A DNA stretch of 64,000 bases from the human T2T-CHM13v2.0 reference genome, Homo sapiens. Position numbers and translations under genes: made by a program. This document shows positions 1-17,479 of this stretch, one piece after another; the first letter of the stretch is position 1; the number at the start of each line of letters is the position of its first letter. Where the stretch lies: the NCBI RefSeq assembly GCF_009914755.1, contig NC_060933.1; one strand, given 5' to 3'. The notes beneath the pieces were generated by a model. That model made no database searches and had not been told where the DNA came from. It was given only the letters and a program-made list of their open reading frames with translations.

Positions 1-549
1 ATCCTCACAATGGGCGCTGATGTCCTCATTTCACAGAAGGGTCTGGGGTCTCTTTCCCGCCAAAGCTCGTGCTCCTGCAGCCTCTCCACGGGGCCTGACC
101 TGAGGGCTCGGGTGGCATGGGCTGCCGTGTGCTGCCTGTCCCCACTGTGGTGGCCTGAGAGCCCTCCTCCACTCCACTTCACTCTACCCCCTCCCCCTCC
201 TCCTCCTCTTCCTCCTGCTCCTGCACCCATCTCTCCAGGACTGGCCCCAGACCCTGGGCTTCTCTGAGAGGCACCTCTTCCAAGGGCCCAGTTTCTTTTT
301 GGAGGCAGGGCCGATTTGCACAAAGATGACGAAGACGCATGACAGCAATGACTCTCTGGCTGGTAGCGTGCCTCTTGGTGTGTGCAGATTGTGCTTTATG
401 TGTCACCTCGTGGAGTCCCCACAGTGAGCCGAGAAGGTGGCATCACATTCCCAGTCAAGGGCTTTTGGTGGTGGGGCTCAGATCTTAGTGGCGTCCCAGG
501 GCCTCCAGCTTGTCCAAGTGGGTTCAGGGTGGTGCCCAGGTTTGTCTGA

Positions 550-985
<436 letters not shown>

Positions 986-996
986 CAGGTGTTATC

Positions 997-1306
997 TTTT
1001 TTATTTTTATTTTTTGAGACAGAGTCTTGCTCTGTCGTCCAGGCTGGTGCAGTGGCACAATCATAGCTCACTGCAGCCTTGGCCTCGTTTACCCTCTATT
1101 GCTTGAGAGTTTACTCTCCTGGGTCCACACCTGGGACTACAGGTGTGCACCATTATGCCCAGCTAAATTTAAGAAACTTTTTTTCTGTAGAGACAGGGTT
1201 TCCCTATGTTGCCCAGGCTGGTCTCAAACTCCTGAGCACAAGTGATCCTCGTGCCTCGGCCTCTCAAAGTGCTGGGATTATTACAGGTATGAGCTACCAT
1301 ACCTGG
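997..1306 (-). mobile_element. Alu (AluJ-like) with a ~50-bp non-Alu internal segment
   Basis: Alu consensus on both sides of 1086-1130. Flanked by caggtgttatc direct repeats. Confidence 0.9.
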
Positions 1307-1477
1307 TGCAGGTGTTATCCTGAATTCCTTTCTTTTCCTCTACCTCTCAAATCCAACCCATGAGCAGGTCCTATTGGGTCTCCCTCCAAATTGTAACCCA
1401 AATCTGCCCGCAGCCAGGGAGCACGGTCAGCTCTCCCAGGAGCGCTGGCCAGCAGCATCTCCTCTCTGCTCTCCTGA

Positions 1478-2454
<977 letters not shown>

Positions 2455-3085
2455 ACACTCCAGCTTTCTCTGAGTTGCTCCTAACTTGAGCCTCCATCCG
2501 CCCTCTGTTCCAGTTGCCTTCATGAGCCCAGTTTCATCTCAAGTTTTATTATCTATGAACTTGTTCACTTGGTGATCATCTCCCTCTCAGTGGATGGTAA
2601 GCCCAGTGAGGGAGGGCACAGGCTTACTGTGGCCAACACTGGGCCCCCAGCACCAGGAGTAGGGGCTGGCCCAGACTACGTGGATGCCCAGTTACTACCT
2701 GCTGAACCATGAATGAATGAATGAATGAATGAATAAAAAAGTAAGTCCTCTGTCCCTGGTGTTATCCTAGAAGAAGCTGAACAACAGGTGCTGACCAGGG
2801 CCTTGGCTGCAAAGTTGCTCTCCCCTTACTCCAATGCAGGAGCTCTGGGGGTCCCGTGGAGGGCCCTGCGGGCAGGACAGCTTCCCAGTGTCCCAAACTC
2901 TGAGGGTTTGTGCTTCTGCAGCTCACTCCCAAGTTTGGGCAGCACCCTTGATGGAAACGGGCAGACTGCATGGACTTGGCCTCAGGCAGGTGAAGTCCGT
3001 GGGACATTCCCAAGGTTGGAGAGGCAGAGCAGCAAGGGAGAGGCTAAGTGGGAGTCACGCTGCTTTTGATAAACTAGTGATGCCA

Positions 3086-3405
<320 letters not shown>

Positions 3406-3435
3406 CTAGTGATACCACCTGCCTTGGCAGGATAA

Positions 3436-3885
<450 letters not shown>

Positions 3886-3914
3886 AGAAGTGGGTTCCTT
3901 CCATGCGCCATTCC

Positions 3915-4325
3915 CTCCAGGTGCTGGGGACAGAGGGGTGAACTGGTGAATTTCCTGCCCTTGTAAAATTTGCGTCTAGTGAGGACGATAGACAAATAAA
4001 TATACAGCAAAATACTGGGCAGCGATAAAGTCTATGAAACAAGGGTAATTGTGATAGAGAAATATTATTTTGAAGGGGGTAGTGAGGGTGGCACTTGAAC
4101 AGAGACCTCAGTTCGTGACAGAGATTACCCTGAAAGGAGCTGAGAGAGCATTCCCGGCAGAGGGAACAGCAAGTACCAAGGCCCTGAGGTGGGAACAGCT
4201 TTGACACTTGGGGAACAGCAAGGAGGAGGCTACAGGGCATTGAGTGATGGGGAGGGGTGGGGATGAGTGGAGAGGCAGCGGGCTGGCTCAGCAGGGCCTT
4301 GCAGAGGCCATAGTAAGGACTCTGT
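3915..4325 (-). mobile_element. L2 LINE 3' fragment
   Basis: Typical L2 text (ggcagagggaacagcaagtaccaaggccctgagg...). Continues at about 5030-5900. Confidence 0.6.
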
Positions 4326-4339
4326 TTGCCTTGCTTGCC

Positions 4340-4502
4340 CTTCCTGTTTTCTCTCCCTTTCTCCCTCCTTTTCTCCCTCCCTCGCTTCCTTCCTTTCTTC
4401 CCCCTCCCTCTCCCCTCCCCTTCTCTCCCCTTCTCTTCTTTCCTTTCCTTCCTTCCCTTTCTACCTTCCCACTTGCCCTCCCTCCTTCTCTCTCTCTCTC
4501 TC
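4340..4502. repeat. CT-rich low-complexity / polypyrimidine tract
   Basis: Almost pure C/T run next to an Alu tail. Confidence 0.9.
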
Positions 4503-4797
4503 TTTTTTTTTTTTTTGAGACAGGGTCTCACTCTGTCGCCCAGGCTGGAGTGCAGTGGTGCAATCATGGCTTACTGCAACCTTGACCTCCCAGGTCCAAG
4601 TGATCCTCCCACCTCAGCCTCCTGAGCAGCTGGGACTACAGGCATGCGCCACCACACCCAGCTAGGCTTTTATTTTTGGTAGAGACAGGGTCTCCCTATG
4701 TTGCCCAGGCTGGTCTCAAACTCCTGGGATCAAGTGATCCTCCCGCCTTTGCCTCCCAAAGTGCTGGGATGACAGGCATGAGCCGCTGCGCCCGGCC
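4503..4797 (-). mobile_element. Alu (AluJ-like)
   Basis: Reverse Alu with J-type diagnostic positions. Confidence 0.93.
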
Positions 4798-4824
4798 TGT
4801 GTTTTGTTCTGAGTGGAGTGGGGG

Positions 4825-5006
4825 CAGTGGTGTGCTCACACTGGCTTGCGAGAGCTGACTGTGCACATTCCTCTCCCTCTCCATGTTCAGCGATGTCACA
4901 TTGGTAGCTAGGAATTGGCCAAAATGGGAGTGTTTACACCACAGGAATTGGCAAATTCTTCAAGTGAGCTCCACCCACCAGCTGGTTTTAAACATTTACA
5001 CTACTG
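4825..5006. mobile_element. MER63-like hAT DNA transposon (MITE)
   Basis: cagtggtgtgct...gcgagagctgactgtgcac...gggagtgtttacaccac...aaacatttacactactg resembles the MER63A consensus as recalled. Confidence 0.65.
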
Positions 5007-5148
5007 GGAAGGTTTGAGATGGGGAGAGCTATGATTCGACTTCAACATGTTCGCATGTACGGGAGTGGAGAGGAGGAGAACGGCCAGTAGGAGGGCAAGC
5101 GCGAACACAGGAAGACCAGGGAGATCTGCAGGGAGGTTAGTGCACTAG

Positions 5149-5520
<372 letters not shown>

Positions 5521-6307
5521 TGATTGTGAATCTCTTCTGAAGGAGGATTTGCTGATGGACTGGATTTGGCTTTGTGAACAAAAAAGGAGTCACGATGCCC
5601 TGGTTTTTGGCCTGAACAACTTGCTGGATGGTGGGACGGGGCAATGGCGGGGAGAAGCAGAGGTTGTAGGTGTCTCTCCGGGGTTTGAAAGGCCCAGACA
5701 GACGAGTTCTTAGATGTCAGTATCCCAAGAGTAGAGGCCAAACATGGTGGGACCCTTGACTTGCATTCGGCACGGAGGTCCTGGCTGGAGAGAATTGTCA
5801 GTGGGTTGAAGGGACCAGGAGAAGGTGGCAGGAAGGGAGAAGGGGCCAAGGCCTGAGCCCTGGGACTCAGCGGCATTTAGAGGAAGGGAGACTGGGAACT
5901 ATGAGCCGGAAGAGAGGAACTACATTGCGTCTCTCCTCCAGCTGGTATCTACATTTTTTATTTTTTCACACCAAGCACGAGAGGTGTGTGTACAAGACGC
6001 ACAGTGGCGGCCTGTGGCTGTGCAGCGCCCTCTCCTCTGGCAACAGAACCTTCTTCCCAATGGAGAAGCCACGAGAAAGGGTTGAGGTGGGGCCGGTCAG
6101 CCCCCTACTCAGGGGTGGACACATGCCCAGACCTGGCCAATCACAGGGGCCCTGCTTTCCTGTGCACTGTGATTGGTTCTGGGATGAGCTTGTGACCTGG
6201 CTGTGCCAATGAGGATCATCCCCAATGCCCTCTGTTAGATCAGGTGGGAAGATGCCCTGTGCCAGGGCTGCTAAGCTGGGAAGATGCCATCCTGGGGATG
6301 CCAGTGG

Positions 6308-7725
6308 CAAGGCCAGGTACAGGATCTGTGGGGTGCGATACAACATGAAAATGCAGGGCCCCTTGCTCAAAAAGCAGGAAAAAGTGCCACGAAGGGTCCA
6401 TAGAACGCTTCCTTCCACCATCTCTCAACTTGTCATGGCATTTTAAATTTTCTATTCAATGTCATTCTAAGTACAGAAAGGTGTACTTAGAAAGGTGTAA
6501 TTATTGTAAATAATTAGCATGAATTTTACCATTCATCTTTATATTGCGTAATACCAGTTTTATTTATATTTATTTATTTATTTATTTTAAGATGGAGCCT
6601 CTCTCCCTGTCACTCAGGCTGGGGTGCAGTGGCCAATCTCGGCTCGCTGCAACCTCTGCCTCCCAAGTTCAAGCAATTCTCGTGCCTCAGCCTCCTGAGT
6701 AGCTGGGATTACAAGTGTGTGCCACCACACCTGGCTAATTTTTGTATTTTGAGTAGAGACAGGGTTTCACCACGTTGGCCAGGCTGGTATTGAACTTCTG
6801 ACCTCAAGTGATCTGCCCACCTCCCAAAGTGCTGGGATTACAGGCATGAGCCACTCTGCCTGGCTGTGTAATACCAGTTATAAATATAAATACCAGAGCA
6901 TTTAATTCATGTGCAGAGTCGCTGAAATTGCACAATTCATATTCTGTGGCTTGTCCCTGAGTGTGCCTTGAACTGGCCAGAAAAGACAAACACAAGCCAG
7001 GCTCAGGAAGGTTATAGGGGGAGGAGAAGACCCCCTGGTTAAGGTGGTTAAGATAGTGCTTCTCCGTATGGGAGATTGCCACAAGGGTGCACACCCTCCC
7101 AGCCCCCTCCACCCCTGCTATGCCTCCCTGCGTGCTCTCTCTAGATGGGGCCTGGCAGCTGCTGGATTAACCTTCCAACCAACCACTGGGCTGATGTCCT
7201 GAGTCCTGGTACCTCCCCTTCCCACAGGCCCCCACCTCAACCTACAGCAGAGGAGTGGTCTCTAAGGACCTCAGTACCCAGATCGGGGTAGGTGAAAGGT
7301 TCACCCCACGTCTAGACACGGTCTCTGGTTGGCTGCCAGTCAGGCTGTGGTGCTGCTAATGCACAGCAGTGGCGGCTGTCACCGTGCCCTGCAAGGTGCT
7401 GCTCACGGATGCCTGAACTCAACCCTCTCTACGCCTGTGCCCAGGTCCCTGCCGAGGATGGGAGGGAGAGGCCAGGCAGAGCCAGGGCACCAGAGTGCCA
7501 GGGGGCAGGGTAGCAGGGGGACCAAGAACCTGTCTCAGGGAGGTGGGGAGGTGGCAGGAGACAGGACTGCACCTGAGTCGAAGCTTCAAACACGCTCCAC
7601 TGTCTCAGACTTCACTCAACACAAACTCAACGATAAAATGATGTTGAATTTCAAGACAGCAGAGCATTAGACTCCAAGCATGGGCTCATTTGAACATGGG
7701 GCCCTGTGTGACTGCACGATCCCTG
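6308..7725. mobile_element. MER45-like hAT-Tip100 DNA transposon, inserted in an MLT1-like LTR and interrupted by an Alu
   Basis: Ends read caaggcca...atgaaaatgcagggccccttgctcaaaaa and ggggccctgtgtgactgcac...ccctg. Perfect 8-bp TSD gccagtgg at 6300-6307 and 7726-7733. Confidence 0.75.
6561..6863 (-). mobile_element. Alu (AluS-like)
   Basis: Reverse Alu with a (TTTA)n tail. TSD taataccagtt. Confidence 0.95.
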
Positions 7726-8225
7726 GCCAGTGGCCTTCTTGTTCTGGCCGCAGAGAAAACCTAAGAAGAGGCCAAGGAGAGGTAACGAATAAGCCCTGAT
7801 GACATCATGTGAGCCTCTGGATCCAGCTACGCCTGAGCCGAAACACCCATGGACTTCCCTGTTTCTGTGCCAGGAAATAAATCCGCTCTTTGCTTCAGCC
7901 AGCTTTAGCTGAGTTTCTGAGGCCTGAACAATATGGGACCCTGAGAGGAGAGGATCCAAGGCCCAGGAATCTCGACACCCGAATCCCTTTCTTGGCTTAA
8001 AGAATCTTGGAGCTGTCCATCAACTTGGAATGTCTGCAGGTTGCCTAGAGGTCTCACTGCCCCTCCCCACATGGATCTGTCCTGTTCTGGGGCCACGTCC
8101 TTTATCTGTCTTAGGCCTGGATTTCTTTTTATGAACAAAGGGAAGCTTTATTCCCCAGTCTTCCCAGTTCTCCCCAGGCTGTTTGATGTGGGTGTTAAAG
8201 GAGACACTGGACTTCCACACTGGGG

Positions 8226-8306
8226 GTGTGTGTGTGTGTGTGTGTGTGTGTACTGGATTTCCACTCTGTGGGGTGTGTGTGTGTGTGTATGTGTGTGTGT
8301 GTGTGT
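8226..8306. repeat. (TG)n microsatellite, two blocks
   Basis: Read directly from the sequence. Confidence 0.95.
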
Positions 8307-8376
8307 AGCGGCCTGGAGGGTGCCAGGGAGCTGGGAGGACAGCAGGAAGGATGCATGGAATGTTTAAGAAACATCA

Positions 8377-8682
<306 letters not shown>

Positions 8683-9013
8683 TCAGGAAATAACTGGATT
8701 TGGGGGGCAGAAGGGGGAGGAGTCAGAGGCCCAGAGGTAGTGGGGAAGGGTCTGATTGGAGGAGGATAGGCAGAGCAATATCTTACTGTTTCCTCTTTAA
8801 GCCACTCCCTAGAATGGAGTCCATTCATTCATTCATTCATTCATCCATCACTTCATTCATTCATTCAATCATCAAGCATCTATCCTGAGTGAATGTTGAC
8901 TGTCAGGCACAGCCAGGTCCTGAAGATAATCAGACACCTTCCTGGGGACTAATCTTTTAAAAAATATGAGTCCTAATCTATGGAAAGACAAAAAAATCCA
9001 ACAAAGTTTCTAA

Positions 9014-9661
<648 letters not shown>

Positions 9662-9916
9662 TAATTTTGTTCAACAGGAGAGTCAGTAGGAAAACTGTCA
9701 TGCATTTTGCAATGAAAAGTTATCTGGGCAGAGCTGACCAGTGCCAATATTGCAGCTCTCATTTACTGGGCACTCACTGTATGTCAGACTCTGAGCTGTA
9801 GCAGCCTTACTGCACAGGCAGGTGCCCCCATGCATGTCTTCATTTTGCAGACAAGGGACTGGAGGCTCAGGGAGGTGAAGGAAAGAGCTTATTGTCACCT
9901 AGAAAGCAGCAGAGCT

Positions 9917-10212
9917 GGCCAGGCGTGGTGGCTTACCCCTGTAATCCCAGCAGTTTGGGACGCCGAGGCGGGTGGATCACCTGAGGTCGGGAGTTTGAGA
10001 CCAGCCTGACCAACATGCAGAAACCCCGTCTCTACTAAAAATACAAAATTAGCCGGGTGTGGTGGCGCATGCCTGTAATCCCAGCTACTCGGGACTCAGG
10101 AGGCTCAGGCAGTAGAATTGCTTGAACCTGGGAGGCGGAGGTTTCGGTGAGCTGAGATCCTGGGCAACAAGAGCAAAACTGTGTCTCAAAAAAAAAAAAA
10201 AGAAAAAAAAAA
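9917..10212 (+). mobile_element. Alu (AluSp-like)
   Basis: Forward Alu. TSD aaagcagcagagc. Confidence 0.93.
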
Positions 10213-10630
10213 GCAGCAGAGCATGGTTTGTCTTGAGCTCTATGTGGCTTTGGAGGCTGAGCTTGGAACTGCCAGCCTGGGCTTTGGACGGGCACCCTGG
10301 GTAGGGGTGGTCCTGGGTAGAGATGGCCCTGGGAATCCCTCCGGTGCTTGGCCTTGTGCCTGGTGGTCCACAGTCTCACAGTCACTCATCTGATATTTAA
10401 CAACTTACAATGAGGAGTGCTCCACAAGGAACCCTCACATAGCTTGGGATGCTCTCCCATGTTCCGTCTTTGCTGAGGGTCCCTTGGATGGGTGTGTTTG
10501 TGGGGCATAGTCTCTGGGGGAAGAGGGGCAGATCCTGGATTGGTCTGGAGCCCCAGCTGGCCCCGCACAACTAGGAAAACTGGTTGGGGCGGCTGACTCA
10601 GGGTGTGTTTATACTGGCGTACTCCCCGCC

Positions 10631-10673
10631 CCCTCCCTCCCTCAGGCACCCTCCCTCCCTCAGGCACCCTCCC
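10631..10673. repeat. 18-bp tandem duplication
   Basis: ccctccctccctcaggca twice, plus a partial third copy. Confidence 0.85.
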
Positions 10674-11013
10674 CTCCCGTCCCTGACCCGGGAGAGGAAG
10701 GAAGTTCCTATAACGTTCATAGTTGCCACTAGTTCTGCGTGTTGTGCATTGGGCACGGAGCAGGAAGACCTTCACAGGTTGTAACTGGTCCCAGCTTCCT
10801 TTGAGGAGACTGAGTCTCAGAAAAGTCAGGCTGCTCCCTCGATCCTACAGGGGCAAAGCTGGGATTGGAATCCAGCTCTGACTGATGCCCCGGATGGAAC
10901 TCTCATCCACTGTGATTAGAATACAATCTGAGCACCTCCTGCTTTTCTTTCTGGCCCCATCTCCTGCCTCTCCCACTTGCCCTCTCTCTCAGCCAGTTCT
11001 ATGAACATGCTAA

Positions 11014-11370
<357 letters not shown>

Positions 11371-11449
11371 TCATGTGTTTAGTCTTCACCTTTTCCGTTC
11401 CTTCTGCCTGGAATGCTCCTCCACCGTTGTTTGTCCAGCTGCTATGGTA

Positions 11450-11885
11450 GAGACTTCTAGCGCTCATCCATGTGTACTCGCCTTTCCTTCCCAGTTACCC
11501 AAGAAAACTGCTTTTCCCAGCCCCCTTGCAGTTAGATGAGGGCCTGGGACTCATTCTGGCCAATGTGCTCTGAGTGTGAGTGAGGAGAATCACTTCCAGG
11601 CTGAGGCCATGAAGAGCCCTTGCAGGACTCCCCAGCTCTCATTCTGTGCCACGGTGGAGATTCTGGAAGCCTTGTGTTGAGATAGACGCAGGCTGAATTG
11701 CTGAGTCACCGTATGGAGGGCAGCAGCCTAGGAGACCTGGCAGTCTGACTCAGACTTTGCATGGTCAAGAAACAAATCCTTTCTACCTGCTGGAGATCTT
11801 AAAAGAGAAAGAAATCCTTGTGTTAAATCTTTGAGATGCAGGGATTAATTTGTTACTGCAGCATAGCCTGTCGTATACTAATAGA
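11450..11885. mobile_element. Old ERVL-class LTR (LTR16/MLT1-like)
   Basis: ttcccagcccccttgcagttag...ctggccaatg...tttgttactgcagcatagcc...ctaata pattern. Confidence 0.5.
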
Positions 11886-11978
11886 GCTGATCTGTTCAGG
11901 TGTCAGTTGAAATATCACCTTCTCTGATCAAAATATCTAAACTGGTGCCACCCCCACCCCCTCCCCCTCCAACCAGTC

Positions 11979-12280
11979 CTTTCTTTTTTTTTGAGACTTT
12001 TTTTTTTTGAGTCTCGTTCTGTCATCCAGGCTGGGGTGCAATGGTGCTGTGATCTTGGCTCACTCCAGCAGCTGCTTCCTAGGTGCAAGTGATTCTCCTG
12101 TCTCACTTTCCGAGTAGCTGGGATTACAGGCACGCGCCTCCACGCTAGGCTAATTTTTGTATGTTTGGTAGAGACGGGGTTTCACCATGTTGGCCAGGCC
12201 GGTCTTAAACTCCTGGCCTCAACTGATCAGCTCACCTCGGCCTCCCAAAGTGCTGGGATTACAGGCATGAGCCACGGGCC
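11979..12280 (-). mobile_element. Alu (AluS-like)
   Basis: Reverse Alu. Confidence 0.92.
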
Positions 12281-12299
12281 CTTACCAATTTTTCTAGCA

Positions 12300-12788
<489 letters not shown>

Positions 12789-12929
12789 TGAATGCATTTA
12801 CTGAATGAATGAAACAGGCAGATAACCACACTCACAGGTAGACATGGAATTTGATATTGGTACCTGTGTTTTTCTTTTTTATTGGAGTAAATATATTTAC
12901 TGATATCCCCTTTATATCTAGTTCAGTTA

Positions 12930-13624
<695 letters not shown>

Positions 13625-15036
13625 TCTACCTGTGTTTTTCTTACTCGGATGGGACACAAAGCCTCAGATCATCAGAAAGCTGGAAGCAATGGTTTCTTTT
13701 CTGACTCTTGGAATATCAGAGCTGGCTTAGAACCTTCTGTCTTCTCACTCTGTCTTTACAGATGAGGGAATATGGGCCCCTTAGGGAAGTGACTCATCCC
13801 AGGGCCCAATTTAAGTCTGTGGCTGAGCCAGAACCTGTGTCTGGGTCTCTGTACTCCTGGTCCAGTGCTCTGTCCACTGAGCTTTGCCTCTTCCTCTTTA
13901 GTTTCAGCCCAAGTTCTGAAAATATTTCCTGAGTATGTTTGCCTCTTCCTGCCCACCTTGCCACGTAATCCTGTGACTCTGAGCAAGTCAGTGGCGATTG
14001 ATGGCTGGGACTGGGTGGGGCTGAGACAGCGGTCAGAGATGAGAGAGGAGAAGGAACGAGACTCCCTCCGCAGTGCTCCTCAACCATGTCCTGGAGCTGA
14101 GCTTGTTGTTTTGTCTCACACCTCTTAAAAAAAAAAACAGAGGACAGGAGTGTGGATTCCCGTTGACCAAGGCTGTCAGGTAGAGGAGTGTTTCTCAGGG
14201 GTTGAGCCTTCCCCCAGCCAGACTGGACCTAGCTGCTCCCTCCTCTCTGCTCCATAGAACACTGGACATCGATTGTAGCACCTGTCATGTCACATTTTTC
14301 TCTGGCGTACTGTTCGTTTTTCTTGTAAATACAAAGGTGATACATGCTTATTGTAGAAAATTTGGAAAATATAGACATGTATGAATGATAAAATAAAGGT
14401 CTCCTGTAATTGCCCACCTAGTAATAACCATTTCAGCATTTTTGAACTTGTATTCAGTCTTTTTTCCTCTAAACGTATGAATAGCTAAGGCCACCTGTAC
14501 CCAAGATGTCCCTAGGCCCTACCAGCGGGGGACATCCCGGTGGCCATGTTAATGTTTCCTGCGGCCACTCCAGCCCTATCCTGCTGGCTAGCATCTTGGC
14601 CTGCCCTGAAGCCTTTGCAGTTGTATCTGGGAGTCCCTTGAGGAGCCACATGTGAGATCCCAGCCAGGTTCTGCTTCTGTCTCCCTGCAGCTATCCCTGC
14701 CCTAAGTCCCCTGAGGGTGGTCCCTGTTGCTGCCCTGGCCACGGAGCCTGCTGGAAAAATCCAGCCCCCTTGTTCGGCCTCCCCTCCCCTGATGATTCCT
14801 GAGTGACAAAACTGGGAGGCACCCGATGGCCCTGGAGCCTCTTCATCCTGGCCAGGAGCAGGGAGGGTGTTCCCCTTCCAGCGCTGCGTTGACCGCGTTG
14901 TCGCCCAGGTTCTGAAGCAGCCATGCCTGTGCTCCGAGTTCCACTGGGAGACACCTCCCTTAGCTCAGCTTGCAGCCCCTCTCTCTGAAGGACATCTTGG
15001 GTCTGCCAGCCGGTACCGACCACCCTCCTTTTCTGA

Positions 15037-15437
<401 letters not shown>

Positions 15438-17479
15438 AATGCTTTTGTTTTCCCTGGGATTTTCTGAGTCGAAAATAAGAGAAGAAGGCAGTTCCTCTTG
15501 GGTGGCAAAGCTTTGAGAATTGGAGGCCAGGAGCTGCCACCTGTGGCTACAGTGGGAAGCTTGAGTTCAAAGAATAAAGTCACAGGAGATGGAGAGATAG
15601 CATCTTGGAAAAGATCTGTGCCTGGATCCTGCTGTGCCTGAAGCCAGCTGTGCCCCTGCCCACTGCACAGTTCTTGCCTTGAGCCAAGAAATCCCACCTT
15701 TTGCCCAGGCTGATGCCAGTGGTGCTGCTGTCCCCTACCACAAGTGAGTCTTCAGGAAACAGGGCTCTGCCTTGGATGAGGTGGGTACAGACACCACTGT
15801 GCTGTGTGTCTCTTCATCCCTGTCCCTGGAAACTGCAGCATGAAGTATTGGGGGTGAGGTGTGTGTTCCCAACCAGCTAGTTCAGGGATGAAGAGATCCC
15901 AGAACCCAGTTTCGGTTCAGCTGGGACTTATCAATGTGACTATTTAAACAACCTCGGAATCATTTGCCAGCTCGCAATGTAATGTTACAAATTCTTACCC
16001 ACTCAACTGTGAGCTCCAACAGTAGAAACTGGCCACCTCTCAGTTGTGTGACCTTGGGCGAGGTTTCTCATTTCTGAAATGAGGATGCTTACAGTCTCTA
16101 CCTCAGAGGGTAGCTGGAAAAATTAAACGAGCTAATCCAGAGAGAGGGGCTTGCTGTTCTCGTCATTTGCTGCTATTGTTCACTGTGGTCAGATTAGTGC
16201 CTCACACAGGCCAAGCACCAAATGGGAGCTTCATAAATACTGTCCACTGATTGGAGGGAGAGCTCCTGGTGTGCATCCCCTGTGCCAGAGGGACACACAG
16301 TCACACACACTGTATTTCTTGCTGCACACACACACACACACACACAGCACCCAGCACCCAGATCTCAGTGCCCTGCACAGTGACTTTCCTGGGAGCCTGA
16401 GGCATCCCCACCCCTGGCTTCTCTGGAGGGCAGCCTGCAGCTCTGAGGCTCTGGGCTGTCATCCCAGCAGCTCCATGTTGCTGGGAGCGCAGCTTGGAGC
16501 CTGGCTCAGCCCTACACCACGTATCAAGGGCAGCCAGACCCGTGGTGTCCTAGGAGCCTGGGGGAGTGTGTTGGGGGGAGCTGCTTAACCTAGGAGGACC
16601 ACGGACTTGCTGGAGCTCTTGCTTCTAGAGCTGCTGCTCTCTGGAAGCTCCCCCTTGTCATCCCCTGGGCACCCAGTCTCTTCTAATTCCCCTACCTCCC
16701 TAAGCAGCACCCCTAAGTCCTGTCTGGGGGCTCCACTGGTCTTTTTACTGGAGGGAGAGAGGCTTGTCTGTGGAGCTGAAATGGACTCCTGGTTTGCCTG
16801 CCCGCCTGACCCCATCCCCCTTTCAGACGACCCCCATGGCCAGGCAACCCCATCCACCCGCCTCCCGGACCCAGCCTCTCACTTGTGCTATGCACGGGAA
16901 CATCGGTCTCTCTGGATGTTCTAGGCTGGTATGTTTCCTGCTGCGCCAGTGGCCCCAGGGATTGTGAGTGGGGTGAAGATGCAGCTTAGGAGCAAGTGTT
17001 GGAGACAGTGTGTGGCTGGGTGTGGCCCTCAGTGTGGGGTGTAGTGTAGAATCAAGGCTGTGCAGCCTGTTACAGTTTTGTGTGGAATGTCTTGGTGAGA
17101 CGGGTAGATTGCCAGTGGGTTGCGTTTTGGGTCAAGGGGAATTATACTCAGGGCACTAACCCTTTGTGGGGCTGCCCAGGTCCTTGGGCCCCGAGAAGAT
17201 AAGGGAAGGGGAAGGGCACCTCTCTTTAGGGTGCTCCCAGAGCGCCCCATCCCTTCCCTTGGCATTGCTAGATTCCAGTGTGCGGCTTAGGCTCAGATCA
17301 CCCGGCAGAGGGGAGGGGAGCCCTCGTCTGGGGTCCTGCTGAGTTCAGAGATCTTATTTCGCACCCCACCATCCACTCTCCTTTACCACAGGGATCCCTG
17401 GGGCGGGTGGGGAATTCCCAAGCCCTTTGGCCGGTCCCTTCCAGTGCCCAGCTCCCAACAAAGGGGGCCGACCACGTGC

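Larger units (their letters stand above)
6090..7945. mobile_element. Old MaLR (MLT1-like) LTR split by the MER45 insertion (pieces ~6090-6307 and ~7726-7945)
   Basis: MLT1 hallmarks ggccaatcacag...tgattggttc...gtgacc and ctggatccagc...cctgagcc...aataaatcc. Confidence 0.55.
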
